Source: Pirellula sp.
GTDB lineage: Bacteria; Planctomycetota; Planctomycetia; Pirellulales; Pirellulaceae
Assembly: GCA_041752005.1 (NCBI GenBank)
Contig: JBGSHV010000015.1
Coordinates: forward strand, 22,765 to 86,764
Direction: 5' to 3'
Length of the DNA: 64,000 bases
The position numbers and the translations under genes were made by a program. Shown piece by piece: positions 44,665-53,388 of the stretch (positions are counted from its first letter, which is position 1; each line of letters begins with the position of its first letter). The notes below the pieces were generated by a model. That model was not told the origin of the DNA. It saw only the letters and a program-made list of their open reading frames with translations, and ran no database searches.

Positions 44665-44836
44665 GTTCTCGCGTCGAGGATCGTTGGGCAGCATTTCTTC
44701 GAGAACGATTCTTAGTCCTCGTCCCATGCTCCCAGCCAAATGCTCTTGACGTCGAGCCGTCCAAAGAACTAATTCGCTCCTTAAAGCGCCTCCATGGCGT
44801 CGATTACCCGCGAATCTTCGAGAATGGAATCTTGAC

Positions 44837-45859
44837 ATGAAGAAGCATATTTTTTGGATGACGATGATGGCCCTTGGAGTCGGCCACCTCGGTTGCGGTG
44901 GAAACACCGACCCTTCGACAGCCCAATCCACTCCACGCGACTTACCGGCAGCTGCACAATCGACACCGTCCCTGCCGAACCTCCCTTCGCAACCCATGGC
45001 GAGTAACGCCACGGTCCCCAATGCATCCAACTTGGACGCAATGGTTCCGATGAACGCGCTCAATCTCAAGAATCCGACAAAACCCGAGGAGGTCGTTGCG
45101 GCCTTTTTGGATGGGATGCGATCAGGCAATGCAACCGTGATCGAGTCGTTGCTTTCGACCCGAGCAAGAAAAGAAATCGCCGATAAGGGTCTCGACATCG
45201 CCCCCATCGGATCCCCTCAAGCCCAATTCGAAATCGGCGTTCCACAACTGGCGGATCCTAACGATCCCAACACCATGCTGGTGACCAGCAATTGGGTCGA
45301 GCCAGGGACCAACGGCCAATCCGTCGGCCAGTACGAAGTCGTTTGGGCATTGATCAAGGAACCGACTGGCTGGCGAATCTGCGAGATGGCCGTCGATACG
45401 CATCTCGAGGGAGAAGAGATCCAGGTGGTGAATTTTGAGAACTTGAGTGACGTCGTTCCTCCGGATGCGGCAGCTCCGACCGGCCCAACCGCCTCAGACA
45501 TTCCACGTACCGCATCGCTCCCGACCGCCGGCTCGCTTCCTCCAAGCAGTGCACTCGGTGGGGCACCTCTATCCGGTCCGGCCGCGAACCCAGCTGGCTT
45601 GCCACCTTTGCCGCCGTCGTTCCCACCTTCGGGCAATGCCGGCCCGACGTCGTTGCCGTCTTCGTCACTCCCGCCCGCGGCTTTCCCGCCCTCAGGGTTC
45701 CCGCCGGCGTCGCTCCCGCCTGCCTCTGGTCTTCCAGGTGGATTGCCGAGTTCCTCGAGCAGCCTCCCACCTTTACCTGGCGGGCCGATCGGTGGCTCAG
45801 CGGCTCCTTCCGGTGGGTTGCCTCCGTTGCCCCCAGCCGGCTTTGGCAGTGGCAGGTGA
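44837..45859 (+). CDS. Lipoprotein with an NTF2/DUF4878-like domain and a ~110-aa Pro/Ser/Leu-rich tail
   Basis: Signal plus lipobox MKKHIFWMTMMALGVGHLGC. PEEVVAAFLDGMRSGNATVIESLLS ... YEVVWALIKEPTGWRICEM. Tail rich in LPP/FPP/SLPP. Confidence 0.7.
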   Translation: MKKHIFWMTMMALGVGHLGCGGNTDPSTAQSTPRDLPAAAQSTPSLPNLPSQPMASNATVPNASNLDAMVPMNALNLKNPTKPEEVVAAFLDGMRSGNATVIESLLSTRARKEIADKGLDIAPIGSPQAQFEIGVPQLADPNDPNTMLVTSNWVEPGTNGQSVGQYEVVWALIKEPTGWRICEMAVDTHLEGEEIQVVNFENLSDVVPPDAAAPTGPTASDIPRTASLPTAGSLPPSSALGGAPLSGPAANPAGLPPLPPSFPPSGNAGPTSLPSSSLPPAAFPPSGFPPASLPPASGLPGGLPSSSSSLPPLPGGPIGGSAAPSGGLPPLPPAGFGSGR

Positions 45860-46119
45860 GACCGAATACCTCCAGGCTGATTCGTTCGGGGCGCGAAGGA
45901 AAACACCCTTTCGCCCGGTAGAGAACGTGGTCCCACGCGATTTTTCAACGGCCAACGATGGAATAACCCAAGCATTGGCCCGCGGTCGGGCCTTCATGGC
46001 TTGACCGGTTTTGCTAGAATCCTCTATCTTTGTGGCCCGGCTTGTAGGCCTGTACCAAGGCCACACCTATGTTTCATACCCTACGATAGTTACAGAATTG
46101 CTGAGGGGAGCTCCCTGTT

Positions 46120-46356
46120 ATGGCATCAATTGAGGAACGAGTCATCGAAATCGTATCCGAGCAACTCGGTGTCGAAAAAGAGAAAATCACCCGCGAAACA
46201 CACTTCGTCAATGACTTGGGTGCCGACTCGCTGGATACCGTAGAGCTCGTGATGGAACTCGAAGAAGAGTTCGACATCAGCATTCCGGAAGACGCGGCTG
46301 AAAAAATTCAACGTGTGGGCGAAGCTGTCGATTACATCGAAAAGCAGCAAGCCTAG
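46120..46356 (+). CDS. acpP: Acyl carrier protein
   Basis: 78 aa. [32 protein letters not shown] contains the phosphopantetheine-attachment DSLD motif. Confidence 0.95.
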   Translation: MASIEERVIEIVSEQLGVEKEKITRETHFVNDLGADSLDTVELVMELEEEFDISIPEDAAEKIQRVGEAVDYIEKQQA

Positions 46357-46392
46357 GTCCAGCAGTTTCGAATCGCCGTCTTCGGAAGTCGA

Positions 46393-47631
46393 ATGAAGCG
46401 TAGAGTTGTCGTGACAGGCATGGGATGCGTGACATCCCTTGCGTTGGACGTATTGGAACTGTGGCAAGGAATCTTGTCGGGCCGTAGTGGCATCCATCCG
46501 TTAAAAATCGTTGACACCACCCATCAAAAGGTGAAGTTCGGCGGGGATGTGCCAGGGTTCGATCCGGGTCCTTCGTGCGATGCCAAAGACGCCAAGCGTC
46601 TCGATCGCTTTTCACTCTTCGCAATGTGGGGTGCCTACTGCGCTGTCCGTGATTGCGGTATCGATTTTTCGAAAGAGGATTCGTTTCGCTGCGGCGCGAT
46701 TCTCGGAACGGGCATCGGTGGCTTGAACGAAATCGAAACGCAAATGTTTCGTTTGTTCAGCAAAGGCCCTGACCGCGTCAGCCCCATGACCATCCCAACG
46801 ATGATGCTCAACGCGGCCGGCGGTAACCTCGCCATCCGTTACGGATTGCAAGGTCCAAATTTCGCCGTCGCCACGGCCTGCGCTAGCAGCAACAACGCCA
46901 TGGGCGATGCGCTCAAAGCGATTCAATACGGTGAGGCAGATGTCATGCTGACCGGAGGCACCGAAGCGGCCATCACCTCCATCGGAGTGGCGGGTTTCGC
47001 AAACATGCGTGCCCTGTCCACCCGCAACGAAGATCCAGAAAAGGCCAGCCGACCGTTCGATCGCGATCGCGACGGTTTTGTCCTCAGCGAAGGCTGCGGA
47101 GTGCTGGTGTTTGAGGAGTTGGAGCACGCCAAAGCCCGTGGGGCCCGTATCTATGCGGAGATCCTGGGCTACGGTGGGTCCTGCGATGCAGGACACATCA
47201 CCGCCCCAGACGAACTCGGGCGCGGGGCTGCCCGCGCAATGCACAATGCACTGGCCGATGCCAAACTCAACGCCTCCGATATCGATTACATCAACGCCCA
47301 CGGGACCAGTACGCCCCTAGGGGACAAGGCCGAAACGACAGCCGTCAAAGCCGTGTTTGGCGATGCGGCTCGAACCGTATCGATTTCAAGTACCAAAGGC
47401 CACCTGGGGCACTCCTTAGGAGCCAGCGGCGGGATCGAAATGATCTTGTCGATCCTAAGCTGCTACCACGATATCGTGCCGCCGACGATCAACCTGGACA
47501 CCCCAGATCCAAACTGCGATCTGGACTACACCCCCCACCATCCGCGCGAACGAAAAGTTCGATTGGCGATGAACAATAGTTTTGGTTTCGGGGGGCATAA
47601 TGCTACGATGATCTGCGGCAAGATGACTTAA
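46393..47631 (+). CDS. fabF: 3-oxoacyl-ACP synthase II (KAS II)
   Basis: RRVVVTGMG, ATACASSNNAMGDA (active-site Cys), INAHGTSTPLGD, TKGHLGHSLGASG, NSFGFGGHN. Directly downstream of acpP. Confidence 0.95.
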   Translation: MKRRVVVTGMGCVTSLALDVLELWQGILSGRSGIHPLKIVDTTHQKVKFGGDVPGFDPGPSCDAKDAKRLDRFSLFAMWGAYCAVRDCGIDFSKEDSFRCGAILGTGIGGLNEIETQMFRLFSKGPDRVSPMTIPTMMLNAAGGNLAIRYGLQGPNFAVATACASSNNAMGDALKAIQYGEADVMLTGGTEAAITSIGVAGFANMRALSTRNEDPEKASRPFDRDRDGFVLSEGCGVLVFEELEHAKARGARIYAEILGYGGSCDAGHITAPDELGRGAARAMHNALADAKLNASDIDYINAHGTSTPLGDKAETTAVKAVFGDAARTVSISSTKGHLGHSLGASGGIEMILSILSCYHDIVPPTINLDTPDPNCDLDYTPHHPRERKVRLAMNNSFGFGGHNATMICGKMT

Positions 47632-47737
47632 TCGAATCGCTCCGCCATCATCGCTTTTGGCTCGGCATGCAATCCCTAGCGAGTCTTCGTTGTCACATGC
47701 GCCGGCCGAAATTTACTAAAGTTCGGTGGTTTTTATA

Positions 47738-47796
47738 GTCGTCTTTCGCTCCGCGAAAGAATGAACAGACGCTACTTTCGCGGAGCGAAAGGCGAC
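47738..47796 (+). terminator. 22-bp perfect-stem hairpin (nested palindromes) downstream of fabF; terminator or REP-like element
   Basis: GTCGTCTTTCGCTCCGCGAAAG pairs with CTTTCGCGGAGCGAAAGGCGAC (21 Watson-Crick pairs and 1 G-U) across a 15-nt loop, followed by ACTCGTTTTCC. Each arm is itself a 7-bp palindrome (CTTTCGC-N3-GCGAAAG). Confidence 0.5.
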
Positions 47797-47876
47797 ACTC
47801 GTTTTCCGCAAGATGCTTACCCTACCCATAAGTGTCGGGCCGTGAGCATTCCCCATAACCACTCCTGAGATCGACC

Positions 47877-50033
47877 ATGCATTGCATCAAGCGCATCTAT
47901 CCGTTGTTACTGATCCTCGCCAGCGCGTCCCTCTCGAAATCTGCGTGGGCCGATGAAGGCATGTTTCCGATCAGCGAACTGAACAAAATCGATCTGGCAA
48001 GCCGCGGCATGACCATTTCCGCCGATGAGATTTTTAACGCGGACAACGTCAGCCTGGTCGATGGCATTTGCCGCGTGAATGGCTGCACTGGTTCCTTCGT
48101 TTCACCCGATGGACTGATCATCACCAACCATCATTGCGCCTTTGATGCCATCCAAAAAGGAAGCTCGCCTCAAAAGGACTTGCTCCGCGATGGCTTCGTC
48201 GCAGCCTCCCGATCCGATGAAATCCGTGCACCCAACTACACCGTTCGCATCACCGAATCGTATTCGGACGTATCGGATCAGGTCCTCTCGGTCCTGAGCA
48301 ACGACATGCCCTACGTGGACCGAACCAAAGCCATCGATCGGCGGCGAAAAGAATTGGAGGTGGCTGCCGAAGCGGAGAATCCGGGTATGCGGGCCGAAGT
48401 CGCCGAAATGTTCACGGGCAAGACCTACGTTCTTTTCCTCTATACCTACCTGAAGGATGTGCGATTGGTGTTCGCACCGCCAGTCGCCATCGGCGCCTTT
48501 GGTGGCGAACTCGACAACTGGGAATGGCCTCGCCATACCGGTGACTTTTCTTTCCTGCGGGCGTACACAGCGCCCGATGGCAAACCTGCGGACTACGCTC
48601 CAGAGAACGTCCCTTACCATCCACGTCGCTTCCTGCGGATCGATTCCAAAGGCATCGTTGAGAATGATGTGGTGTTCCTGCTCGGCTACCCAGGCCGTAC
48701 CGTGCGGAATCGCACCGCCAGCTTCATCCGTTACGAGCAGAACGTTCGACTCCCGGCCATCGTTGAACTCTACACATGGCAGATCGGTGAAATGGAACAG
48801 GCCGGTGCGAAGGATCGTGCCGTGGCCATCCGGCATGCGACGCGAATCAAGTCGCTGGCAAACGTGGAAAAACGCTCGCGCGGTCAACGGATCGGATTGC
48901 AGAGAGCGCAGATCGAAACCAAACGTCTCCAACGTGAAGCCAAACTTCAAGCCTTTATCGACGCCGGCGGCGAGCCGCTCAACAAGTACAAAACCGTCCT
49001 GGCAGATATCGCGACAGTCTATGACGAGATGAGTCGAAGCGGCCCACTCGAGATCCATTTACGTGAATTGCGCAGTGCACCTCGCTGTTTGGCCATCGCC
49101 TTCGCGATTTACGATGCCGCCAACGAACGTGCCAAGCCCGATCTGGAACGTGAGTCGCCCTTCATGGATCGCAACTTCGCCCTGACGACACAGCAATTGC
49201 TGCTCGATGTTGGCGATTGGCATGGACCGACCGACGAGCGAATGCTCTCAGGCATGCTACAGCGATTGAGCAAAATCCCGGGACACGAATCGATCGAACC
49301 ACTCGCCCGGGTATTGGCCTCCAACGATTCGGTCGATGCCATCTCCAACACCCTGATCCAAAAAACAAAACTTGGGGATCCACAGTTCGTGACCGAATGC
49401 ATGGGCAAAACTGTACCGGAACTCAAGGCGGTCAGCGATCCAGCGTTGCAATGGATGATCGACCTATACCCAACTTTTCTAAAGCAACGGGAACTCGACA
49501 AGCAGCGTGAAGGTCGCTTGGGACAACTCTACGGCACACTCCTCGAGGTGCAGCAACAATTCGAAGCCGCACAGTTCTTGCCCGATGCCAACGGAACGCT
49601 TCGCTTGACCGTCGGCCGAGTTCAATCCTACTCACCGGCCGATGCGATCGTGAAGACACCGATTACGACCATCCATGGACTCATCGAAAAGACGACCGGT
49701 ATCGAGCCATTCATCACGCCCGAACCGGTGCTTCAAGCCATCCAACAAAAGCGTTTCGGAAATTTCGCGCCACCCAGTCTCGGGACGGTCCCAGTCGCGT
49801 TTCTCTACAGCACCGACACCACCGGTGGCAACTCCGGCAGTCCTGTATTGAACGCAGGCGGCGATTTAGTGGGTGTGAATTTCGATCGAACCTTCGAAGC
49901 CACCATTAATGATTTTGCCTGGGATCAACGCTACAGCCGGTCGATCGGAGTTGACATCCGCTACGTGCTTTGGATAACCGGCGAAGTTTATGGGGCCAAA
50001 GCACTTGTGGGCGAGATGCAATCGAAGCCCTAA
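47877..50033 (+). CDS. Peptidase S46 family dipeptidyl-peptidase (DPP7/DPP11-like), secreted
   Basis: Signal, then DEGMFPISEL, GCTGSFVSPDGLIITNHHCAF (His) and TTGGNSGSPVLNAGGDLVGVNFD (Ser). Confidence 0.9.
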   Translation: MHCIKRIYPLLLILASASLSKSAWADEGMFPISELNKIDLASRGMTISADEIFNADNVSLVDGICRVNGCTGSFVSPDGLIITNHHCAFDAIQKGSSPQKDLLRDGFVAASRSDEIRAPNYTVRITESYSDVSDQVLSVLSNDMPYVDRTKAIDRRRKELEVAAEAENPGMRAEVAEMFTGKTYVLFLYTYLKDVRLVFAPPVAIGAFGGELDNWEWPRHTGDFSFLRAYTAPDGKPADYAPENVPYHPRRFLRIDSKGIVENDVVFLLGYPGRTVRNRTASFIRYEQNVRLPAIVELYTWQIGEMEQAGAKDRAVAIRHATRIKSLANVEKRSRGQRIGLQRAQIETKRLQREAKLQAFIDAGGEPLNKYKTVLADIATVYDEMSRSGPLEIHLRELRSAPRCLAIAFAIYDAANERAKPDLERESPFMDRNFALTTQQLLLDVGDWHGPTDERMLSGMLQRLSKIPGHESIEPLARVLASNDSVDAISNTLIQKTKLGDPQFVTECMGKTVPELKAVSDPALQWMIDLYPTFLKQRELDKQREGRLGQLYGTLLEVQQQFEAAQFLPDANGTLRLTVGRVQSYSPADAIVKTPITTIHGLIEKTTGIEPFITPEPVLQAIQQKRFGNFAPPSLGTVPVAFLYSTDTTGGNSGSPVLNAGGDLVGVNFDRTFEATINDFAWDQRYSRSIGVDIRYVLWITGEVYGAKALVGEMQSKP

Positions 50034-50073
50034 TTCTCGATGGAGATTCCAAAGAGCTTTCCACAGAGCCAAG

Positions 50074-51318
50074 TCATGGGAAAGCTCGCTTGCCGTGCAG
50101 CAGCCAACCCAAAGGCGTATACCGTACGAACACCACGTACGTGGCCATGCAGGGCAGAAATGTTCCAGCGATGACGACCATGATTTTGATGCTCAGCGGC
50201 CATGTTAATGGGATGAGCAAGGTTTGCAGGAACAGTACGATCGGCAAGTGGATGAGGTACACCCAGTACGAGGAATCGGCAACGAAACCGAGCCATCCGC
50301 TGCGAACGGAAAGATAGCGTTTGCCCAACAGCAAGCAAGCGATCGTCATGAGTACGGAAAGGTACGCGGTGAGTATCGCTTCGGTCGCCCGCAGCCATAT
50401 GCTTTGCGTCTCACCGTTGCCGACCGTCTCACCGTTGCCGACGATCGTCGACAGATCCAATAGAGGCATGAGCCAGTAGTACGGGACGTAGCCTGCCACA
50501 CATAGGCCAACGATGGGCCAAACGCGCGGAGCCCAGGAATCCAATTGCGACTCGCGACCAAAGAGCTGCCAGCCGGCTAAGTAAAAAAGTCCGTAATATG
50601 CAAACGGCCACCAATCAGGAACAAACGTTTCGGGAGCGGGCATAGGTGCGCCAGCCGCAAATGCGGCAGGGGCTAAAAGCAACGGCGCCAGGCAAAACCA
50701 ACCTCGATGCGGCAGCCATCGTTCGATTCGAATCGAGCCCATCGGCGCCAGTGCGGCGGTCAGGATCGCAAAGGCCATGAGGTAGTACAGGAACCATAGA
50801 TGCATCAATCCCGGTGGCTTCGATTGCGTCTCCGCTCCTGGTTCGTTGGCCATCGACGCGATCCATCCCATCAGGCCACGTGGCGCTTCGAGGTAGGAGA
50901 GCGAGAAGACGAGGACGATCATCATGGCCGCCAGTAGGAAAGGGTAGAACAACACAAACGGTACCAAGATTCGCTTGACGCGCTGGATCAGGAAATGACG
51001 CACCCCTTTCCGTTCGATCACTAGCTTGGCAAAGTACCCCGAAAGCAAAAAGAACAATCCCATACGGAATAAATGCATCAACCAAAGACTCGCGTCGACC
51101 GCCACACTGCCTTGCGCGTCGGTGGCCAACCAAACGGTTTGAGCCGGAAGCGCGTAAGCCAATCCAGCATGAAAGAACACTCCTAGGAGCATGGCCACGG
51201 CACGCAGATTGTCCAAGTAGTGAATGCGCTGTGCCGCCTGTTTGGCAATGTCCGGAGCTGCGGATGCCGGTGAGGTGATCGCAGTTGAAACGGTGCTCGA
51301 ATCCAGATCGATTGCCAT
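50074..51318 (-). CDS. Acyltransferase family 3 (Acyl_transf_3) membrane protein
   Basis: RIHYLDNLRAVAMLLGVFFHAGLAY at the N terminus and ~10 TMs. The start abuts the stop of the upstream permease gene with no gap. Confidence 0.88.
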   Translation of the reverse strand: MAIDLDSSTVSTAITSPASAAPDIAKQAAQRIHYLDNLRAVAMLLGVFFHAGLAYALPAQTVWLATDAQGSVAVDASLWLMHLFRMGLFFLLSGYFAKLVIERKGVRHFLIQRVKRILVPFVLFYPFLLAAMMIVLVFSLSYLEAPRGLMGWIASMANEPGAETQSKPPGLMHLWFLYYLMAFAILTAALAPMGSIRIERWLPHRGWFCLAPLLLAPAAFAAGAPMPAPETFVPDWWPFAYYGLFYLAGWQLFGRESQLDSWAPRVWPIVGLCVAGYVPYYWLMPLLDLSTIVGNGETVGNGETQSIWLRATEAILTAYLSVLMTIACLLLGKRYLSVRSGWLGFVADSSYWVYLIHLPIVLFLQTLLIPLTWPLSIKIMVVIAGTFLPCMATYVVFVRYTPLGWLLHGKRAFP

Positions 51319-51993
51319 TTAGGTCAAGTCCCGTTTTCGGGTTTGGACCATAACGGTCAGCCCCAACGCGATAGCGATCACCAACAACTCCACACCGTGG
51401 ATCTGATGGATCACAGGAGGCCAACGCAGGATGTCTCCTTTGGAGATCTCTGCAATCTCCGGAATCGCAAAGAGCTTCATCAAAAAGATATTCAGCCCGA
51501 CGTTGCCTCCGACCATGACGCAAATCGTCCACCCCACGGATTCGGTGATAACCGCCGTGACCAATTGCAGCATGAATGAACTGAACAAGAAAAGAAAGAT
51601 CGCTGGGAGCGTTACCATCGATCCCTGTTTGGCCCATGGCAACAGACTGGTGCAAATGACCGTACAAGCCAACATGGCGGACCATGGGATCAAATACGTC
51701 GTCAGCACGACACTGATTTTTCCGATGGAATAGTCCAGTAGACTGACGGGCAAGCTCATGATGAACAGCCGAGTCTGATCGATCGTTTCGGACAGAAGTA
51801 GATTTCCGATGAAATGAATGCCTGCCGCAATGGCGACGGTCAAGATCAAAATGAAACCGATGAAGGAAACCGTAGCGTCTGGGTAGCAGGCAATGGCTGA
51901 GGCGGCCATTCCCGCCAGAAAATATGCGAACAGAAATCGACGGCTTAGGAATAGATCCTTTAAGAACAAGATTCGAATGGCTTTTAAATTCAT
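51319..51993 (-). CDS. ABC-2-type permease-like membrane protein
   Basis: Six hydrophobic segments. Loop motif SETIDQTRLFIMSLPVSLLDYSIGK is analogous to those in 14627..17161. There is a 4-nt overlap with the ATPase gene. Confidence 0.7.
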   Translation of the reverse strand: MNLKAIRILFLKDLFLSRRFLFAYFLAGMAASAIACYPDATVSFIGFILILTVAIAAGIHFIGNLLLSETIDQTRLFIMSLPVSLLDYSIGKISVVLTTYLIPWSAMLACTVICTSLLPWAKQGSMVTLPAIFLFLFSSFMLQLVTAVITESVGWTICVMVGGNVGLNIFLMKLFAIPEIAEISKGDILRWPPVIHQIHGVELLVIAIALGLTVMVQTRKRDLT

Positions 51994-52913
51994 GACCCTT
52001 CTCCTTCGCGTCCACGCATGACCGAGCTAACAAAAATTTCTTCCAGGCTCATCGGATCGATGGCTTCGATGGTGGCGCCCGACGACTGCAGCTCGGCGGG
52101 GATTTCGTCGCGGAAGTGACTCAGGCTGAGAATGCGCAGTTGGTGGAATGTGGATTCCAGACGCAAGCCTCGGATCGAGGGCGTCTGCCAGGTCTCGGGC
52201 GCATGTAGTTTGATCCGCTTCCATTGCTCGAGAAAGCTGTCGCGATTGTCCGAAGCGATCAGGCGACCTCGATCGATGAAAGTGATCGAGTCGCAGATCT
52301 TCTCGATGTCGGCAGTGTTGTGAGACGAATACAGGATGGTTCGATCGGGATCCTCGACGACGCGCATCAACTCGGTTAGTACTTCATGTTTGGCCACAGG
52401 ATCGAGACCATTGGTAGGCTCATCGAGGATCAAGAACTTTGGACGACGCGCCAGGATCAGCAGGAGCATGGCTTTGACGCGTTGTCCATGCGAGAGTCCT
52501 TTGATGGCCTGCTGCTCGATCAAGCCAAAGCGATCGAGTAACTCTCGGGCATACGCGTCATCCCAACTGGGATAGAGAGAGCGAACGAACTGCATGTGCC
52601 AGAGAATGGACTCCGGTTTGTAGAGCCGCATGTCTTCGGAATAGTACCCGATGTCCTGCTTGGCCGAGGCCTGGCTCGACGAGATCGGCTGCCCTAAGAC
52701 TTGGACGGTACCCGAATTGGGATGGACCAGGCCCATCAAGATCCGCATCGTGGTCGATTTGCCAGCACCGTTGGGACCGATCAAACCCGCCACGGTTCCT
52801 CGCTCCAACGAAAACGAAAGGTCCTGCAATTTAAAGTGTTTGTAGGTCTTCGAGACGTGGCTGAGCGAAGCTGCAAGCTGGTTGTCGGTTGGGGTCGCCA
52901 ATACGGTATTCAT
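51990..52913 (-). CDS. ABC transporter ATP-binding protein
   Basis: GPNGAGKSTTMRIL, LSHGQRVKA, FLILDEPTNGLD, SSHN. There is a 4-nt overlap with the upstream GntR gene. Confidence 0.92.
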   Translation of the reverse strand: MNTVLATPTDNQLAASLSHVSKTYKHFKLQDLSFSLERGTVAGLIGPNGAGKSTTMRILMGLVHPNSGTVQVLGQPISSSQASAKQDIGYYSEDMRLYKPESILWHMQFVRSLYPSWDDAYARELLDRFGLIEQQAIKGLSHGQRVKAMLLLILARRPKFLILDEPTNGLDPVAKHEVLTELMRVVEDPDRTILYSSHNTADIEKICDSITFIDRGRLIASDNRDSFLEQWKRIKLHAPETWQTPSIRGLRLESTFHQLRILSLSHFRDEIPAELQSSGATIEAIDPMSLEEIFVSSVMRGREGEGS

Positions 52914-53308
52914 GGCTTTCCTTTCTGGGATTGTTCGTAGGCCTCGGCCATCCGCCGTTGCATTTCTGTTTTCGATTTTCCGAGCAAAAGCCCGAGGTCA
53001 GCTGCTTGCGTTAGCCGGTCCTTCAATTCACGTTCCTGCATTGCGACTTGCAATCCAGGGCGTTCCGCCACGACCGAACCTTTGCCTTGTCGCGTGACAA
53101 TCACTCCGTCGCGCTCGAGTTCCAAATACGCGCGCTTGATCGTGATCACACTGACCTGGAGCTGTGAAGCCAACTGACGAATGGACGGCAGTTCGGTTCC
53201 AGGCTTCAAGTCACCGACGGCCACCCGCCGCTTGACCTGCTCGATCACTTGCAGGTACAGCGGCAGTGGATCGGAAAGCGAAATCGTGATCCAGCTGTGT
53301 ATGGTCAT
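52910..53308 (-). CDS. GntR-family transcriptional regulator, YtrA-like subfamily
   Basis: PLYLQVIEQVKRRVAVGDLKPGTELPSIRQLASQLQVSVITIKRAYLELERDGVIVTRQGKGSVV. The start ATG 53308 was chosen by alignment logic. The track extension to 53620 overlaps the DUF1501 gene. Confidence 0.88.
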   Translation of the reverse strand: MTIHSWITISLSDPLPLYLQVIEQVKRRVAVGDLKPGTELPSIRQLASQLQVSVITIKRAYLELERDGVIVTRQGKGSVVAERPGLQVAMQERELKDRLTQAADLGLLLGKSKTEMQRRMAEAYEQSQKGKP

Positions 53309-53322
53309 ATACACAGTATACT
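53295..53322 (-). promoter_or_regulatory. Inverted repeat CTGTGTAT-N6-ATACACAG centred on the GntR start codon, plus an AGTATACT palindrome / TATACT -10-like box
   Basis: A perfect 8-bp inverted repeat flanks the ATG (53306-53308). On the coding strand, TATACT lies 6 nt upstream of the ATG with no Shine-Dalgarno. This suggests a leaderless, autoregulated transcript. Confidence 0.4.
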
Positions 53323-53388
53323 CACAGGTATTCGGCGAGGGAAGACCGGTCTTGGGGAAAATGCGCAGCAGAGCTACGCATTGTTCGA

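Noticed and set aside
48102-49058. 318-aa minus-strand ORF
   Set aside because: It is antisense to the peptidase S46 gene, whose catalytic motifs are found at both ends of the plus-strand frame.
50615-52033. 472-aa minus-strand ORF spanning three annotated genes
   Set aside because: It is an alternative frame of the acyltransferase, permease and ATPase genes, which all have clear family motifs. Its product is Arg/Gly/His/Asp-rich and not protein-like. It is a typical shadow ORF in GC-rich DNA.
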